A stretch of 64,000 nt of DNA from Blastochloris viridis (GCA_005768725.1 VAFM01000002.1:546048-610047); one strand, 5' to 3'. Shown: positions 39,146 to 48,696, numbered from the stretch's first letter. The notes: generated from the sequence alone by a model not told the origin. A program made the numbers and translations.

Positions 39146-40636
39146 ATGCCATTAACCGTTATTTCCCGCCGTTCTGTTGTCTACCGCGAAAGCGGTAGCG
39201 GCGAAATGACCGTGCTGCTGGTCCCGGGACGCGACCAGATTCAGGTTGTGAAAGACCTTGCCGGTCTCGGTAAGGCCGACATTCCGGTACGCGACCCCAA
39301 TGCGCAAGGCAAGCAGGTACAGGTGCGCAAACAGGCGCAGTTAAGCCGTGTGTATATTGGTCGCCGGTATATTTACGGTAACCTGCCGAACGAGATTTCC
39401 GATCTCCGCCAGCCGGTAAAGGTCTGGCTGGCCGAAGACTACGCGCCGACCCAGAGCCAGGCGTTCTTCTATGTGTTCAGCAGCACGGTGGTTATCCACG
39501 GTGTGCGCGAGCAGGATGACGAAGGCCAGCAAAGCTGGCGCACCGCCCAGTTGCTGCTGGGGGAAGGTGACCCGGTCAAGAACATCATCGATGCCATCAG
39601 CGACTATGCGCTGGCCAATTCCACCGAAACGCTCACCGTGGCGGTGCTCAACAAGCTGGACTTGTACGAAAAGCTGCAGGCGGGCCTGGCGACCTATAAC
39701 ATCAGCCCGGTGCCGTTCTCCAAGCTTAAGCCGCAGCCGGGCGTCAAACCGCTGTACCGCCACCGCGACTACACCATTCTCTATCTCACCTTCGCATTGC
39801 TGGGTCTTATCACCGTGCTGGCCAGCGGCGCCTATGCCTTCTTTACGATGCTGGAGCGCGACAAACTGGCCGAAGAGGTCAAGGACGTCCAGCACCGCAT
39901 CGAGTCGATCAAGCTCAACCAGAACGTCGGTCAGGTGACCGACCCGCAATCCGTCTTGCAGGCCATGAGCCGTGGTATCAACCAGCAGATGTCCGTCATT
40001 CTGCACGCCGCAGGTGAAGTGGGCGAACAGTTGGGGAAAATGGAAAAAGTTCGCCTGATGTTTGAAGGCGGCGACTACGAAGGTATTCCGGTCGAAGGTG
40101 TGGGCGAGGGCCAGCAGGTCGCACTTGTCCGTCTGTTGGAGATGAAGAAAGAACTGCTGCTGGATCAGGAACTGGATGCCACCCAGATCGTCGCCACCCA
40201 CCCGTGGGTGCGTGGCATCATGCGTGGTGGCGCGGTCGGAGAATCTGGCGTCATCGCCGTGGTTCTGCAGGTGGACCAGACCGCCGAGATGCGTGCGGCC
40301 GCGACCGCTCCGTTGCCAGAGGCTCAACCGGCTCCGCAACCGGAAGCTTCTGCGCCTAACCCCGACGCCGCAACCGCGACCGAGGCACCTGCTGCCACGG
40401 TTCCTGAAGGACCGTCTGCCACCCAGCCAGTGGCCTCGACCTTTGCTCCGGTACCGGCTGTCCAGGCGTCGGCCACCGTTCAGCCGGAAGGACTCGTTTC
40501 CACTTCGGCACCCTCCACCGGTGGAAGCTTCCAGCCGGCGGCGCAGCCCCAAACTCAACCGGTTTCGGCCACACTTCCGGCAGCGGCGCCCGCCGTGTCG
40601 GCTACGCAGCCTAAAGTACAGGAGGCCGCGCAATGA
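39146..40636 (+). CDS. bitopic inner-membrane pilus-assembly protein (GspL/PilM-PilO-like architecture) with a Pro/Ala/Gln-rich C-terminal tail
   Basis: Cytoplasmic N-domain, single TM ILYLTFALLGLITVLASGAYAFF, periplasmic domain, then APQPEASAPNPDAATATEAPAATVPEGP low-complexity tail. Confidence 0.5.
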   Translation: MPLTVISRRSVVYRESGSGEMTVLLVPGRDQIQVVKDLAGLGKADIPVRDPNAQGKQVQVRKQAQLSRVYIGRRYIYGNLPNEISDLRQPVKVWLAEDYAPTQSQAFFYVFSSTVVIHGVREQDDEGQQSWRTAQLLLGEGDPVKNIIDAISDYALANSTETLTVAVLNKLDLYEKLQAGLATYNISPVPFSKLKPQPGVKPLYRHRDYTILYLTFALLGLITVLASGAYAFFTMLERDKLAEEVKDVQHRIESIKLNQNVGQVTDPQSVLQAMSRGINQQMSVILHAAGEVGEQLGKMEKVRLMFEGGDYEGIPVEGVGEGQQVALVRLLEMKKELLLDQELDATQIVATHPWVRGIMRGGAVGESGVIAVVLQVDQTAEMRAAATAPLPEAQPAPQPEASAPNPDAATATEAPAATVPEGPSATQPVASTFAPVPAVQASATVQPEGLVSTSAPSTGGSFQPAAQPQTQPVSATLPAAAPAVSATQPKVQEAAQ

Positions 40637-41262
40637 TTCGCAGTACCTACCGCAACCTGATGATCGGTGTGCTTCTGGCCTGCTTTGGCCTGTCGTATTA
40701 CCTGTTCACCACCTCGCAGGATTTCCAGCTGCAGATCCAGCAGAACAACAACGACCTGATTCGTCTGAATCAGGAACTGGAGAATATGCAGAACCTCAAC
40801 GTCGCGCTGACCGAGCTGGATAACCTGACGATCACCGAACAGACCGCCACACAGCTCGACATTCTGCGCCACTTGGGCCTCGACAAGAGTGATTACAACT
40901 TCCAGCTGGAAGCGCGCGACCAGCAGAGCGTGGGCGGTACCTCGCTGTTCATCCACACCGTGCAGGTTTCGGCCAAACTGCCGTATGCCGAGGCGCTGGC
41001 CCTGTGCGACCGTCTTCAGAACACCAAGAAGATCGTGATGAGCGAGATCACGTTGGATGCGCCGCAGCCCAGTGCCAACGATAACCTCGTCGGTCTCACC
41101 ATCCGCGGGAATATTTACGGTCTGGACAAGATCATTCCGCCGCTGGAGATCATTCCTGCCGAGCCGATGAAGCCGGAGACCGAGGCCGGAGCGGTCCCGG
41201 AAGCATCAACCGAAACGGCACCGGCCGACGCAGCTGCGTCACCGCAACCGGCCCAGCAGTAA
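40633..41262 (+). CDS. bitopic pilus-assembly protein (GspM/PilO-like architecture)
   Basis: N-terminal TM LMIGVLLACFGLSYYLF, coiled coil, periplasmic domain. Start overlaps the previous stop (ATGA). Confidence 0.5.
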   Translation: MIRSTYRNLMIGVLLACFGLSYYLFTTSQDFQLQIQQNNNDLIRLNQELENMQNLNVALTELDNLTITEQTATQLDILRHLGLDKSDYNFQLEARDQQSVGGTSLFIHTVQVSAKLPYAEALALCDRLQNTKKIVMSEITLDAPQPSANDNLVGLTIRGNIYGLDKIIPPLEIIPAEPMKPETEAGAVPEASTETAPADAAASPQPAQQ

Positions 41263-41274
41263 GGAGGCGGCACT

Positions 41275-41874
41275 ATGATATTCTCCCCCACTTTCGCCCG
41301 CAGTCTGACCGCGTTGATTCTCACGCTGGCGGCTATGCCGGCGGCTCAGGCCGAAGGCTTGCTCTGGAAGACCACCAGCCGCTACCAGCCGGCGGTAGTT
41401 CCTCCCTACACCGGTCAGCCCAGTCCATTCCCGTCCGTCGTCACCGTCGTGCCGGAAGCCTCTCCCGAAGGTCCGACGCTGGAAGACATGGAAGTGGAGC
41501 GCCTCCAGCAGGAAGCGGTGGAACACGCTACGCAGCTGATCAACTCGCCCGGCGCGCTGGTACCCTACATGGAAGGTGCCGTAGTTGGCGGTCGGGTCGA
41601 AGGTCCCCACGGCAGCAAGATTCTTATCGGTAATGAATGGATCGGCCCGGGCATGAGCATGAATGTGCGCCTGATGGCGTCCGACAGTGTGCGCGAGGCC
41701 ATCAACAAGGTCTCCGACTTTAACCAGGATACCGCCAAAAGCCTGAAGGAGCAGCTTTCCCTGCGCCTGCGCCAGACCCCGCTGACCAAGATGAAACTGC
41801 GCGAGATCCGTAGCGACTCGCTGGTGCTGGTGGGCGACTACGGCGAAAAAGTCATGAAATTCGTCATGCAATAA
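41275..41874 (+). CDS. periplasmic pilus-assembly accessory protein (PilP-like)
   Basis: Signal peptide SLTALILTLAAMPAAQA; ~170-aa periplasmic domain. Confidence 0.4.
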   Translation: MIFSPTFARSLTALILTLAAMPAAQAEGLLWKTTSRYQPAVVPPYTGQPSPFPSVVTVVPEASPEGPTLEDMEVERLQQEAVEHATQLINSPGALVPYMEGAVVGGRVEGPHGSKILIGNEWIGPGMSMNVRLMASDSVREAINKVSDFNQDTAKSLKEQLSLRLRQTPLTKMKLREIRSDSLVLVGDYGEKVMKFVMQ

Positions 41875-41957
41875 CCGCGTGTCAGTCACAAAGGTTGGAG
41901 ACACCTTCCATAAGAAGTGACCACGAAGGCCTATAACCAAGGATACTTACAGCGCAT

Positions 41958-42920
41958 ATGCAGGCAATGTTCATCTTTTCTCTGTTTACGTTCGTCCTGG
42001 CGTTGATGGGCTCGATTATCTCGTTCGGCAGTAAGGATGCCGCGATCCTGACCGACGAACGTATCAAGGAAACCGGACGCTTCTTCGAAGCCATGGCGCA
42101 GGTGATCAAGACGGATGTGACCCAGAAGTATCTGACGGCCAACCCGAACAATCACGTAACGATTGCCAATTATATTACGGGTCTTCCGGAAGTGGCCGCC
42201 ATGTCGGCGGGTCTGTATAACGATGTCGGCGTCGATGCCTGGGGTAAGCCCCTGCAAGGTGCCATCGTCACCGAATATCAGCTGATTACCGCCTCCGCCG
42301 ATGCTAATAGCGCGGTCAGTGTACCGGTCACGGCCATTGCCTTTGTTTCCAGCGGACCGGATGGCGTGTTGCAAACCGTAATGCCGCTTAACCCGACCAC
42401 CATCAACCAGGTGCGTAATATCGTGGCGCCGAGCGATGCCGCAGGCCGCCCGACCAGCGACGATATCGTCTATACGTTCGATAACCGCGAAGACCAGATG
42501 CGCCAGTTGCAAACCCTCCACGCGCACATGGAGCGTATCGGTACTGCCTCGCTCAAAGAGTACCAGTACCGTGTCAGCGATTTCCGCGCGGCCCTGATCA
42601 AACAGTATGAGACCGATGTGGCGCTGGGTAAGGCTGTGGCTGCACCGGATATGAATCTGGCCAACCAGCCCAACCCGCCCAAAATGCTGTCGCTGGACAG
42701 CAGTGCCAACCGTTACAAGCTGGGGGTGGACGAAGATATCGCCATTCTGGAGCGTACGCTGGCCAGTGGCCGTCGCATGGTGCTTTCGGCCGTCACACCG
42801 GCAACCGCTACCGCACCGCTGGTGCTGACACTCACCAACAGCAGCTCCAGCCCGACACCCTGGGGCACGTCCAGCCGACCGTTCCGCTACGTTGTCCGCG
42901 TCTTTCCGGATAAAATCTAA
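41958..42920 (+). CDS. hypothetical protein with a hydrophobic N-terminus (320 aa)
   Basis: MFIFSLFTFVLALMGSIISFG N-terminal helix but no canonical prepilin G/FTLxE motif. Confidence 0.4.
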   Translation: MQAMFIFSLFTFVLALMGSIISFGSKDAAILTDERIKETGRFFEAMAQVIKTDVTQKYLTANPNNHVTIANYITGLPEVAAMSAGLYNDVGVDAWGKPLQGAIVTEYQLITASADANSAVSVPVTAIAFVSSGPDGVLQTVMPLNPTTINQVRNIVAPSDAAGRPTSDDIVYTFDNREDQMRQLQTLHAHMERIGTASLKEYQYRVSDFRAALIKQYETDVALGKAVAAPDMNLANQPNPPKMLSLDSSANRYKLGVDEDIAILERTLASGRRMVLSAVTPATATAPLVLTLTNSSSSPTPWGTSSRPFRYVVRVFPDKI

Positions 42921-42988
42921 CGGGAGCCCCACGTATGATCTTAACCCGCACATTGTTTAAATCCGCCCCCCAACAAAAGGATGCACCC

Positions 42989-44089
42989 ATGAACCTGAAG
43001 AGTTCCAAAGGCTTTACGCTGTTTGAAATGATCTTGACCGTCGCCATTATGGCGATTCTGGTGGCCACCACCACGCCGTCGATCTACGAATTCATTCGCC
43101 AGCGCGACAAGCAGAATGAGGAGGTCGCGCAAATGCAGGTGCGCAAGGCGCTGGAAGCCTATATCGCCGACAAGGGCGTACCGCCGAGCGACAACGATGT
43201 GACCGAACCGTGGTACGAAAAACTGGCCGGTTATACCAGCCTGTCCGCGAACGAGATTGCCAACGACGTCTGGGGCCGTCCGCGCATGTATCTCTCGTAT
43301 CTCGATACCTCCCGCAATATCTACGGGACGACCGTCAGCGTGACCTACGTCACCCTGCACAGCATGGGCGAGAACGGTCGGGCTGAACGGACGGAAACCG
43401 TGAACGGCAGTACCGTGACCGTGAACGGTGTCGCTGTCAGCAACAACGCGTTCAGCGGCAGCACCGCATCCGGCGCTACCGGTTGGTGGAAGAACATGAC
43501 CGACCGTGCCACCGCCTTTGCTACCGTACGCGGCGCGGGGGATGACCAGATGATGCGCTATACCAATTACGAAGACGTGCTGCGCCGCTATAACGCCACG
43601 CGCGAACGTATGGACAAACTCAGCGAAGCGCTGGAAACCTATGCCCGCAGCCAGTATGCCAACCACGTGGCCGCCTGTTCGTCCTCTACCACCACCACCG
43701 CCACCTGTAACAGCGATGGTACCCCGCGCCTGGCGATCTACTACCCGCGCAGTACCGCCCGTCAGGTGACGGCCGATGCCGCCCGCTATGTTCGCGATGG
43801 AGCTATCGTCACCGAAGTGGTCGTCAACAACGCAGCTACAACGGATGATGATCGCCGTAAGAACATGGAAGACCTGATGGCCCGTCTCGGTTTGCCGCTG
43901 GAGTATTGCTGCTCGGCGCTGAACAACGCAGCCGATGGCAAACCTGCGCCGTTCTACTACTTCAGCAACCCGCGCCCGCGTGACGTGAGTTCCTGTGGTG
44001 CCCGCCCAGGTGTGGATGCCGCCAAATTGCCGGCGCGTATCACTACCATCTACAACGTAGATACCAGCGCCCAGCGTACCTGCGGTTAA
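42989..44089 (+). CDS. large type IV prepilin (366 aa) with a class-III signal peptide; PilV/TcpB/minor-pilin-like
   Basis: MNLKSSKG|FTLFEMILTVAIMAILVATT: leader, G-1, F+1, E+5 and hydrophobic alpha1-N. The ORF extends upstream to 42935. Confidence 0.85.
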   Translation: MNLKSSKGFTLFEMILTVAIMAILVATTTPSIYEFIRQRDKQNEEVAQMQVRKALEAYIADKGVPPSDNDVTEPWYEKLAGYTSLSANEIANDVWGRPRMYLSYLDTSRNIYGTTVSVTYVTLHSMGENGRAERTETVNGSTVTVNGVAVSNNAFSGSTASGATGWWKNMTDRATAFATVRGAGDDQMMRYTNYEDVLRRYNATRERMDKLSEALETYARSQYANHVAACSSSTTTTATCNSDGTPRLAIYYPRSTARQVTADAARYVRDGAIVTEVVVNNAATTDDDRRKNMEDLMARLGLPLEYCCSALNNAADGKPAPFYYFSNPRPRDVSSCGARPGVDAAKLPARITTIYNVDTSAQRTCG

Positions 44090-44105
44090 TCGGACGCGGC
44101 CGGAC

Positions 44106-44459
44106 GTGGAGTTCCTGACCAGACTGATGACGCTCTACGTCAACGGAGCGGCGGCGATAGCCGCCGCTTGGCCGTGGTTCTGGCCGCTGGTGGGTGGCAT
44201 GCTGGGCGCCGTCTTCGGGTCCTTCCTCAACTGTGCGCGCTACCGGGTTCCGCGGGGGCTATCGCTGCGCCGTCCACCCAGTCATTGCCCCTCCTGCAAA
44301 ACGGTGCTGGGCGTACCAGACCTCGTGCCGATCCTTAGCTTCGTGGCATTACGGGGCCGTTGCCGCCATTGCGGCATCCGTATCGGCAGCACCAGTCTCT
44401 GGATTGAGATCGTCTGCGCACTTCTCGCTGCAGCTCTTGTGGCGCTCCTTCAGGGTTAA
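44106..44459 (+). CDS. prepilin-peptidase N-terminal zinc-binding domain only (A24 N-domain / DiS-P-DiS); truncated, no catalytic domain
   Basis: LGAVFGSFLNCARYRVP...CPSCKTVLGVPDLVPILSF...GRCRHCGIRIG matches the PilD N-domain with two Cys pairs. The ORF stops after 117 aa and no continuation exists in any frame before the next gene. Confidence 0.65.
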   Translation: MEFLTRLMTLYVNGAAAIAAAWPWFWPLVGGMLGAVFGSFLNCARYRVPRGLSLRRPPSHCPSCKTVLGVPDLVPILSFVALRGRCRHCGIRIGSTSLWIEIVCALLAAALVALLQG

Positions 44460-44581
44460 CCACCCTCCCGCTCCATCTCCTGCCGGGCGGTGCTAATTTC
44501 CCACAGCCCGCGCGCCCAAAAGTGAACACAATGCGTTGAACACTTGGCGGAGCGCCGCATGCACGGCACAATCCGGCCAGT

Positions 44582-46696
44582 ATGACAGTGTTGCACACCC
44601 TTTCGCGTACCGCTCTGGTGGGGACGGCCCTTGGCCTGACCCTCGCTGGCTGTGCCGCAAGCCCGGCGGCTGCCGTAACCGAGCAGAACCACACCGCAGC
44701 GGCCAGCCTTAACCAGCCGCAGGGCGTGCAGTATGCCAGTCTCGACACCTCCGAGGTGATGACCGACGCCACCGAACCGGTCGTGCGCAAAGGCACCGTG
44801 CTCTGGCGCCGTATGGGAGACGAACCGGCGCCCAAGGCCCCGGAACCGCAAGTGAGCGAAGAGCTCAAGCGCCTGCGCGAAGCGGTCGAACGCATGCAGG
44901 GCCTCACCACTGAGCAGATCGCAGCCCTCCAGCAGAAACTGGCTACCAACGAGCAGGCTCTCCAGCAGGTCTCGGCCGAGCAGGCCCGTCAGGAGCGTGA
45001 CCTGCGTGAGCAAACCACCTCCACCGTCTCCAATGTGGCCAAAATGGCCGAAGAAAGCCTGCGCTCCATGCGTCAGGTGGCCGAAAACAATTCGCAGACG
45101 CTCGAACAGAGCAACCAGCAGTTGTCGCGCTTGGAAAACAGCCTGCAATCGCAACTGAGCGAGGTGAAAACCCTTCAGAAAACCGCGGCCGAAGTCCAGC
45201 TGGCGCGCCAGAAGGCTGCCGAAGAAGCCCACAACGCACGCCTCAAGGAGGTCAGTATTCAGTTAGCTGCCGCCGAAAAGATCCAGCAGGAACGTCTGGC
45301 AGCTGCTGAGAAGGTTCAACAGGAACGCCTCACTACGGCCGAGCAACTCCATCAGGCACGCCTCAAGGAAGTCAGCAATCAGGTGGCCACGGCAGAACAA
45401 CTGCAGCAGGCTCGCCTGGCGACGGTCGAGCAGGTTCAGAATGCCCGTCTCAAAGAAGTCAGCACGCAACTCGCCGCTGCCGAGCAGGTGCAGCAGGCCC
45501 GTATGGTTGCGGTCAGCAGTCAATTGGCCGCCAACCAGCGCCTCACCGAGGCGCAACTGGCTGACCTCCGTAAGGTCGCCGCCGAAAACCGCGCGCTCGC
45601 CAGCTCCGAAACCGCCAACGTCGCCGTGGCGCTGCGTATTTACGCCGACCGCCAGCTGGCGCAGGCGCAGGCGACCACCTCCGCCACGCTGGCCGAGATG
45701 GCTTCCGCCACCAATCAGAACATTGCCGCGTTGGACCAACGCACCAGCCAGCGCATGGGTGTGATGTGGACCGCCGCCAGCCGTCAGGCCGAAAAACTGG
45801 CCGAAGAAAAGGCCAACGCCGTGGCCGCCAGCGTTGCCGCCCTGCAGCAGCAGACCGCTTCTCAGAAGATCGAACCGGCCCAGATCCGCGCCATCGCCGA
45901 ACAGACCGTGGCCGAATCCACCCCCGAATTCCGCGCTCTGGCTCTTCAGACCCTCAAGGATGGTCAGGATTATATCCGCAGCGTCGCCCGCAGCGCGGTA
46001 CAGGACAAAGACCCCGGCATGACCAGTGCGCTGGCCGATGCCGCGCGTGATGTGATTACCCGTGACGACAAGGTCGTCTTCGCCATCCGCAAAGCCGTGG
46101 CCGACGAATTGCAGAGTGCCGTCACCGGCACGACCACGACGGCCGAGCCCGCCACCGGCGCACGCACAACCTTGGGCCCGGACCACACCCTGACCGAAGC
46201 CGAACAACTCGACCCCAACCGCCTGCGCATTGCCCAGTTACTGGCACCGGAAGGCGGTCCCGCCTCCGACGCCGCCAAGCTGACCGATGCCCAGCTGGCG
46301 GCCATCAGCCCGGCCGCAGGTCAGGCTTCGGCTGGCGCGGTGGTAGGCCAGCAATCATGGTCGGCGCAGGGCACCAGCCTCATGCGCCCGCGTAACCGTG
46401 CCGACTGGATGGACATCCGTCAGTACAAGGTGGTGGTGCACCAAGATGACCAGACGCTGGAAACCCTGCTTGGCAATATCCTCAAGCACGCCGAGCCGTT
46501 CACCGGTCCGTGGCAGATCCGCTGGAAGATCTCCGACAGCAACAAGGACCTGATGACCGAGAAGTTCAGCCTGGACGCCGAAGCGCCGTTTGAAGAGTTT
46601 GTCAGTTACCTGGCCCAGTACATCGTCAACGATCGTGGCGTAAAACTGAGCGTAAGCCTGTTCGACAGCGAACGAATTATTGTAATTTCCGACTGA
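44582..46696 (+). CDS. PilL-like conjugative-region lipoprotein: long coiled coil plus C-terminal TcpQ/STN-like domain
   Basis: Lipobox LAGC; ~450 aa of heptad/11-mer repeats (AEKIQQERLAAAEKVQQERLTTAEQLHQARL...); C-terminal domain ...TLETLLGNILKHAEPFTGPWQIRWK...LSVSLFDSERIIVISD. Confidence 0.6.
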   Translation: MTVLHTLSRTALVGTALGLTLAGCAASPAAAVTEQNHTAAASLNQPQGVQYASLDTSEVMTDATEPVVRKGTVLWRRMGDEPAPKAPEPQVSEELKRLREAVERMQGLTTEQIAALQQKLATNEQALQQVSAEQARQERDLREQTTSTVSNVAKMAEESLRSMRQVAENNSQTLEQSNQQLSRLENSLQSQLSEVKTLQKTAAEVQLARQKAAEEAHNARLKEVSIQLAAAEKIQQERLAAAEKVQQERLTTAEQLHQARLKEVSNQVATAEQLQQARLATVEQVQNARLKEVSTQLAAAEQVQQARMVAVSSQLAANQRLTEAQLADLRKVAAENRALASSETANVAVALRIYADRQLAQAQATTSATLAEMASATNQNIAALDQRTSQRMGVMWTAASRQAEKLAEEKANAVAASVAALQQQTASQKIEPAQIRAIAEQTVAESTPEFRALALQTLKDGQDYIRSVARSAVQDKDPGMTSALADAARDVITRDDKVVFAIRKAVADELQSAVTGTTTTAEPATGARTTLGPDHTLTEAEQLDPNRLRIAQLLAPEGGPASDAAKLTDAQLAAISPAAGQASAGAVVGQQSWSAQGTSLMRPRNRADWMDIRQYKVVVHQDDQTLETLLGNILKHAEPFTGPWQIRWKISDSNKDLMTEKFSLDAEAPFEEFVSYLAQYIVNDRGVKLSVSLFDSERIIVISD
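45240..45530 (+). repeat. imperfect tandem ~33-nt (11-codon) coding repeats inside the PilL-like gene
   Basis: Repeating units ...caggaacgtctggca / caggaacgcctcact / caggcacgcctcaag / caggctcgcctggcg / aatgcccgtctcaaa... encode QQERL/QQARL coiled-coil repeats. Confidence 0.7.
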
Positions 46697-48237
46697 TGAC
46701 CCCGATGCGCCGCCGCTTCCTCCTCGCTCTCACCGCCTCCACGCTGCTGGCGGGTTGCGCTGTACCGCATACGGCCTCGGGCCCTACGGCGTTTGAGGCA
46801 CCGCGCCTCAGCGATGAAGGTGTGGTGATTGCCGAATCGACACTGGTCACCGGTGTCTCCAAGGGCAACAGCATTACCGGTGGCACCGACGACTGCGTCG
46901 GCCCGGGCCTGGGTGTCACGGTTGGCACCACGCGCGGCGACGACCGCTTCCTGTTCGATAAGAACGGCGAACCCTGCGACTCTGCCGAAATGCTGTTCGA
47001 TGGCCGCAGTCAGGTCAATCAGCGCCAGGGCGATCCCGCCATCACACTCAAGTTCTTCGACGGTAAATCCGCCAAGACCACTGGCGACCTGCCGGATCTG
47101 CAACCAGTTCCGACGATTCAGTTGAAGTCGGAGCTATTGCCGCAAGGGGGCAAGGCGGTGGCGCAGACCGACTTTAGTGCGATCGAACCGGCCGCTGGCC
47201 CGGCCAAGCTCTCGGCCAACGGCACGGTACCGGCTACACCGGCTCCGGTGCAGGTTGCTGCCGTCAATAAGCCAGACCCCGTACTGGCCACGCTGGCCTC
47301 CTGGCAGAACCAGGACACCGTGTACGCCGCCCGCAGCGAAGAAGCGACCGCTGCCGCCGAGCGCAACCTGAACAACATCGTCAAGGGCAACCGCAGCAAC
47401 TCCGAGCAGGAGACCATGTCGAAGCTGATGGCCCAGTTGCGCGAGCGTGAACGTCAGGTACAGGAAGAGCAGCGCCGTCATACCGAAACGCTTGAACGTG
47501 CACAGCGCAACCGCGATATCACCGTGGCTGCCCGTAACGAATGGCAGCAGAAGGAATCGGAACTGGAAGGCCAGCTTAAGGCCACCCAACAGCGTCTGGC
47601 GCAGGTGGAACAGCTTGCTCAACGCCTGAATGCCGAAAAAGCGAATAAAGAAAAAGCTTATCAGCAGCAGATCAACACCCTCAGTTCCGACCTCAAGGTC
47701 GCCGAACAGCAGGCCGATGTCTCTCGCCGCGAGCTGATTCTGCAGGCCGCCGCCAAGATTGCCGAAGCTGAACAGCTCGCCTCTGCCGCCAAGATTCAGG
47801 AACAACAGATCAAGCTGCGCGAAGCTGCGCGTCTGAAGTCAGAAGCCGAGACCATGATGGACCGCGCGCTGGCGATGAATTCCGGGAAAAATGTGCTGGT
47901 GAACGGCGTGGGGGCCCCGCCCGCCGTGCCGCTGCAACTGATGGAAACGCCGGTGACCGTGGTCGCCAACGGCAAAACCCTGCCGGAGATTCTGAGCGAT
48001 GTCCTCAAGCAGGCAGCCCCGCAGGCGGGTGCCTGGAAAGCCGACTGGCAACTCGCCGCCGCCAACAAAAAGCTGCTGAGCGACAAATGGTCGCTGACGG
48101 CGGAAGCCCCGGTGGAGCAGGTGCTGGCCCAGTTGAACCAACAGGTTAAGGACGCCTACGGATTCCCGTTGCTGTTCACGCAATTCGGCCAGTCACAGCT
48201 GATTGTTGTCACCGAGGCCACACCCCCAACGCGTTAA
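46696..48237 (+). CDS. second PilL-like lipoprotein paralog (coiled coil plus TcpQ/STN-like C-domain)
   Basis: Lipobox LLAGCA; coiled-coil middle; C-terminal ...TLPEILSDVLKQAAPQAGAWKADWQL...PLLFTQFGQSQLIVVTE. Start ATG overlaps the upstream stop (TGATG). Confidence 0.6.
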   Translation: MTPMRRRFLLALTASTLLAGCAVPHTASGPTAFEAPRLSDEGVVIAESTLVTGVSKGNSITGGTDDCVGPGLGVTVGTTRGDDRFLFDKNGEPCDSAEMLFDGRSQVNQRQGDPAITLKFFDGKSAKTTGDLPDLQPVPTIQLKSELLPQGGKAVAQTDFSAIEPAAGPAKLSANGTVPATPAPVQVAAVNKPDPVLATLASWQNQDTVYAARSEEATAAAERNLNNIVKGNRSNSEQETMSKLMAQLRERERQVQEEQRRHTETLERAQRNRDITVAARNEWQQKESELEGQLKATQQRLAQVEQLAQRLNAEKANKEKAYQQQINTLSSDLKVAEQQADVSRRELILQAAAKIAEAEQLASAAKIQEQQIKLREAARLKSEAETMMDRALAMNSGKNVLVNGVGAPPAVPLQLMETPVTVVANGKTLPEILSDVLKQAAPQAGAWKADWQLAAANKKLLSDKWSLTAEAPVEQVLAQLNQQVKDAYGFPLLFTQFGQSQLIVVTEATPPTR

Positions 48238-48272
48238 GCACCCTCGTGTACGCACATTTTTCGGTAAAGATC

Positions 48273-48300
48273 TTGCAAACCTTGCATGAAGCACCATAAT
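48273..48300 (+). promoter_or_regulatory. sigma70-like promoter candidate for the pilin/T4SS operon
   Basis: TTGCAA, 16-nt spacer, CATAAT, 24 nt upstream of the aaggag RBS and ATG at 48325. Confidence 0.4.
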
Positions 48301-48324
48301 CAAAGGCAAAGGAGACCCAAACAT

Positions 48325-48696
48325 ATGAATCAACGCACTCTTCTCTTCAGTGTAGCTGCCGTGGCCCTCATGGCGGTCATGATCGCTAACCCGGCTCTGG
48401 CGCAGGGTACGGGCGACGTCGGCGAAGCCGGTAACGCAGCAGCGCAAACCCTTGTCAGCGCCATTACCGGTAACATCGGTCTATTGATCGGCCTCGGTAT
48501 CACCGTGATGGGCCTGTGGACCTGGATTATCGGCCAGAAGACCGCAGCTGGTCTCACCATGGTTGTAGGTGGCGTGCTGCTGACCATGGCCCCGGGTATC
48601 TTCAAGGGTGCTCGCGACGTGGCCGTGGGTGTGGTCGAAGGTTTTGGTGGCGAAGCCTACCAGGTCGACGGCGCCCAGTCCTCGGGAGCTAACTAA
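48325..48696 (+). CDS. TrbC/VirB2/TraA-family conjugative pilin-like protein (paralog 1)
   Basis: Sec signal MNQRTLLFSVAAVALMAVMIANPALAQG, then two hydrophobic helices separated by a short charged loop (…ITGNIGLLIGLGITVMGLWTWIIGQKTAAGLTMVVGGVLLTMAPGIF…), ~95-aa mature size. Confidence 0.5.
   Translation: MNQRTLLFSVAAVALMAVMIANPALAQGTGDVGEAGNAAAQTLVSAITGNIGLLIGLGITVMGLWTWIIGQKTAAGLTMVVGGVLLTMAPGIFKGARDVAVGVVEGFGGEAYQVDGAQSSGAN

Noticed and set aside
44194-44496. Alternative-frame 100-aa ORF overlapping the prepilin-peptidase N-domain gene, considered as the frameshifted continuation of the peptidase
   Set aside because: Its translation (Arg/Pro/Ala-rich, no Asp-box or GYGD-like catalytic motifs, no TM helices) does not resemble the A24 catalytic domain, so a simple frameshift does not restore a full peptidase.
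45240-45530. Periodic repeats that superficially resemble a short repeat-spacer array
   Set aside because: The period is 33 nt with no conserved repeat/variable spacer alternation. It lies entirely within a long coiled-coil coding region and translates into QQERL/QQARL heptad-type repeats. Not CRISPR.
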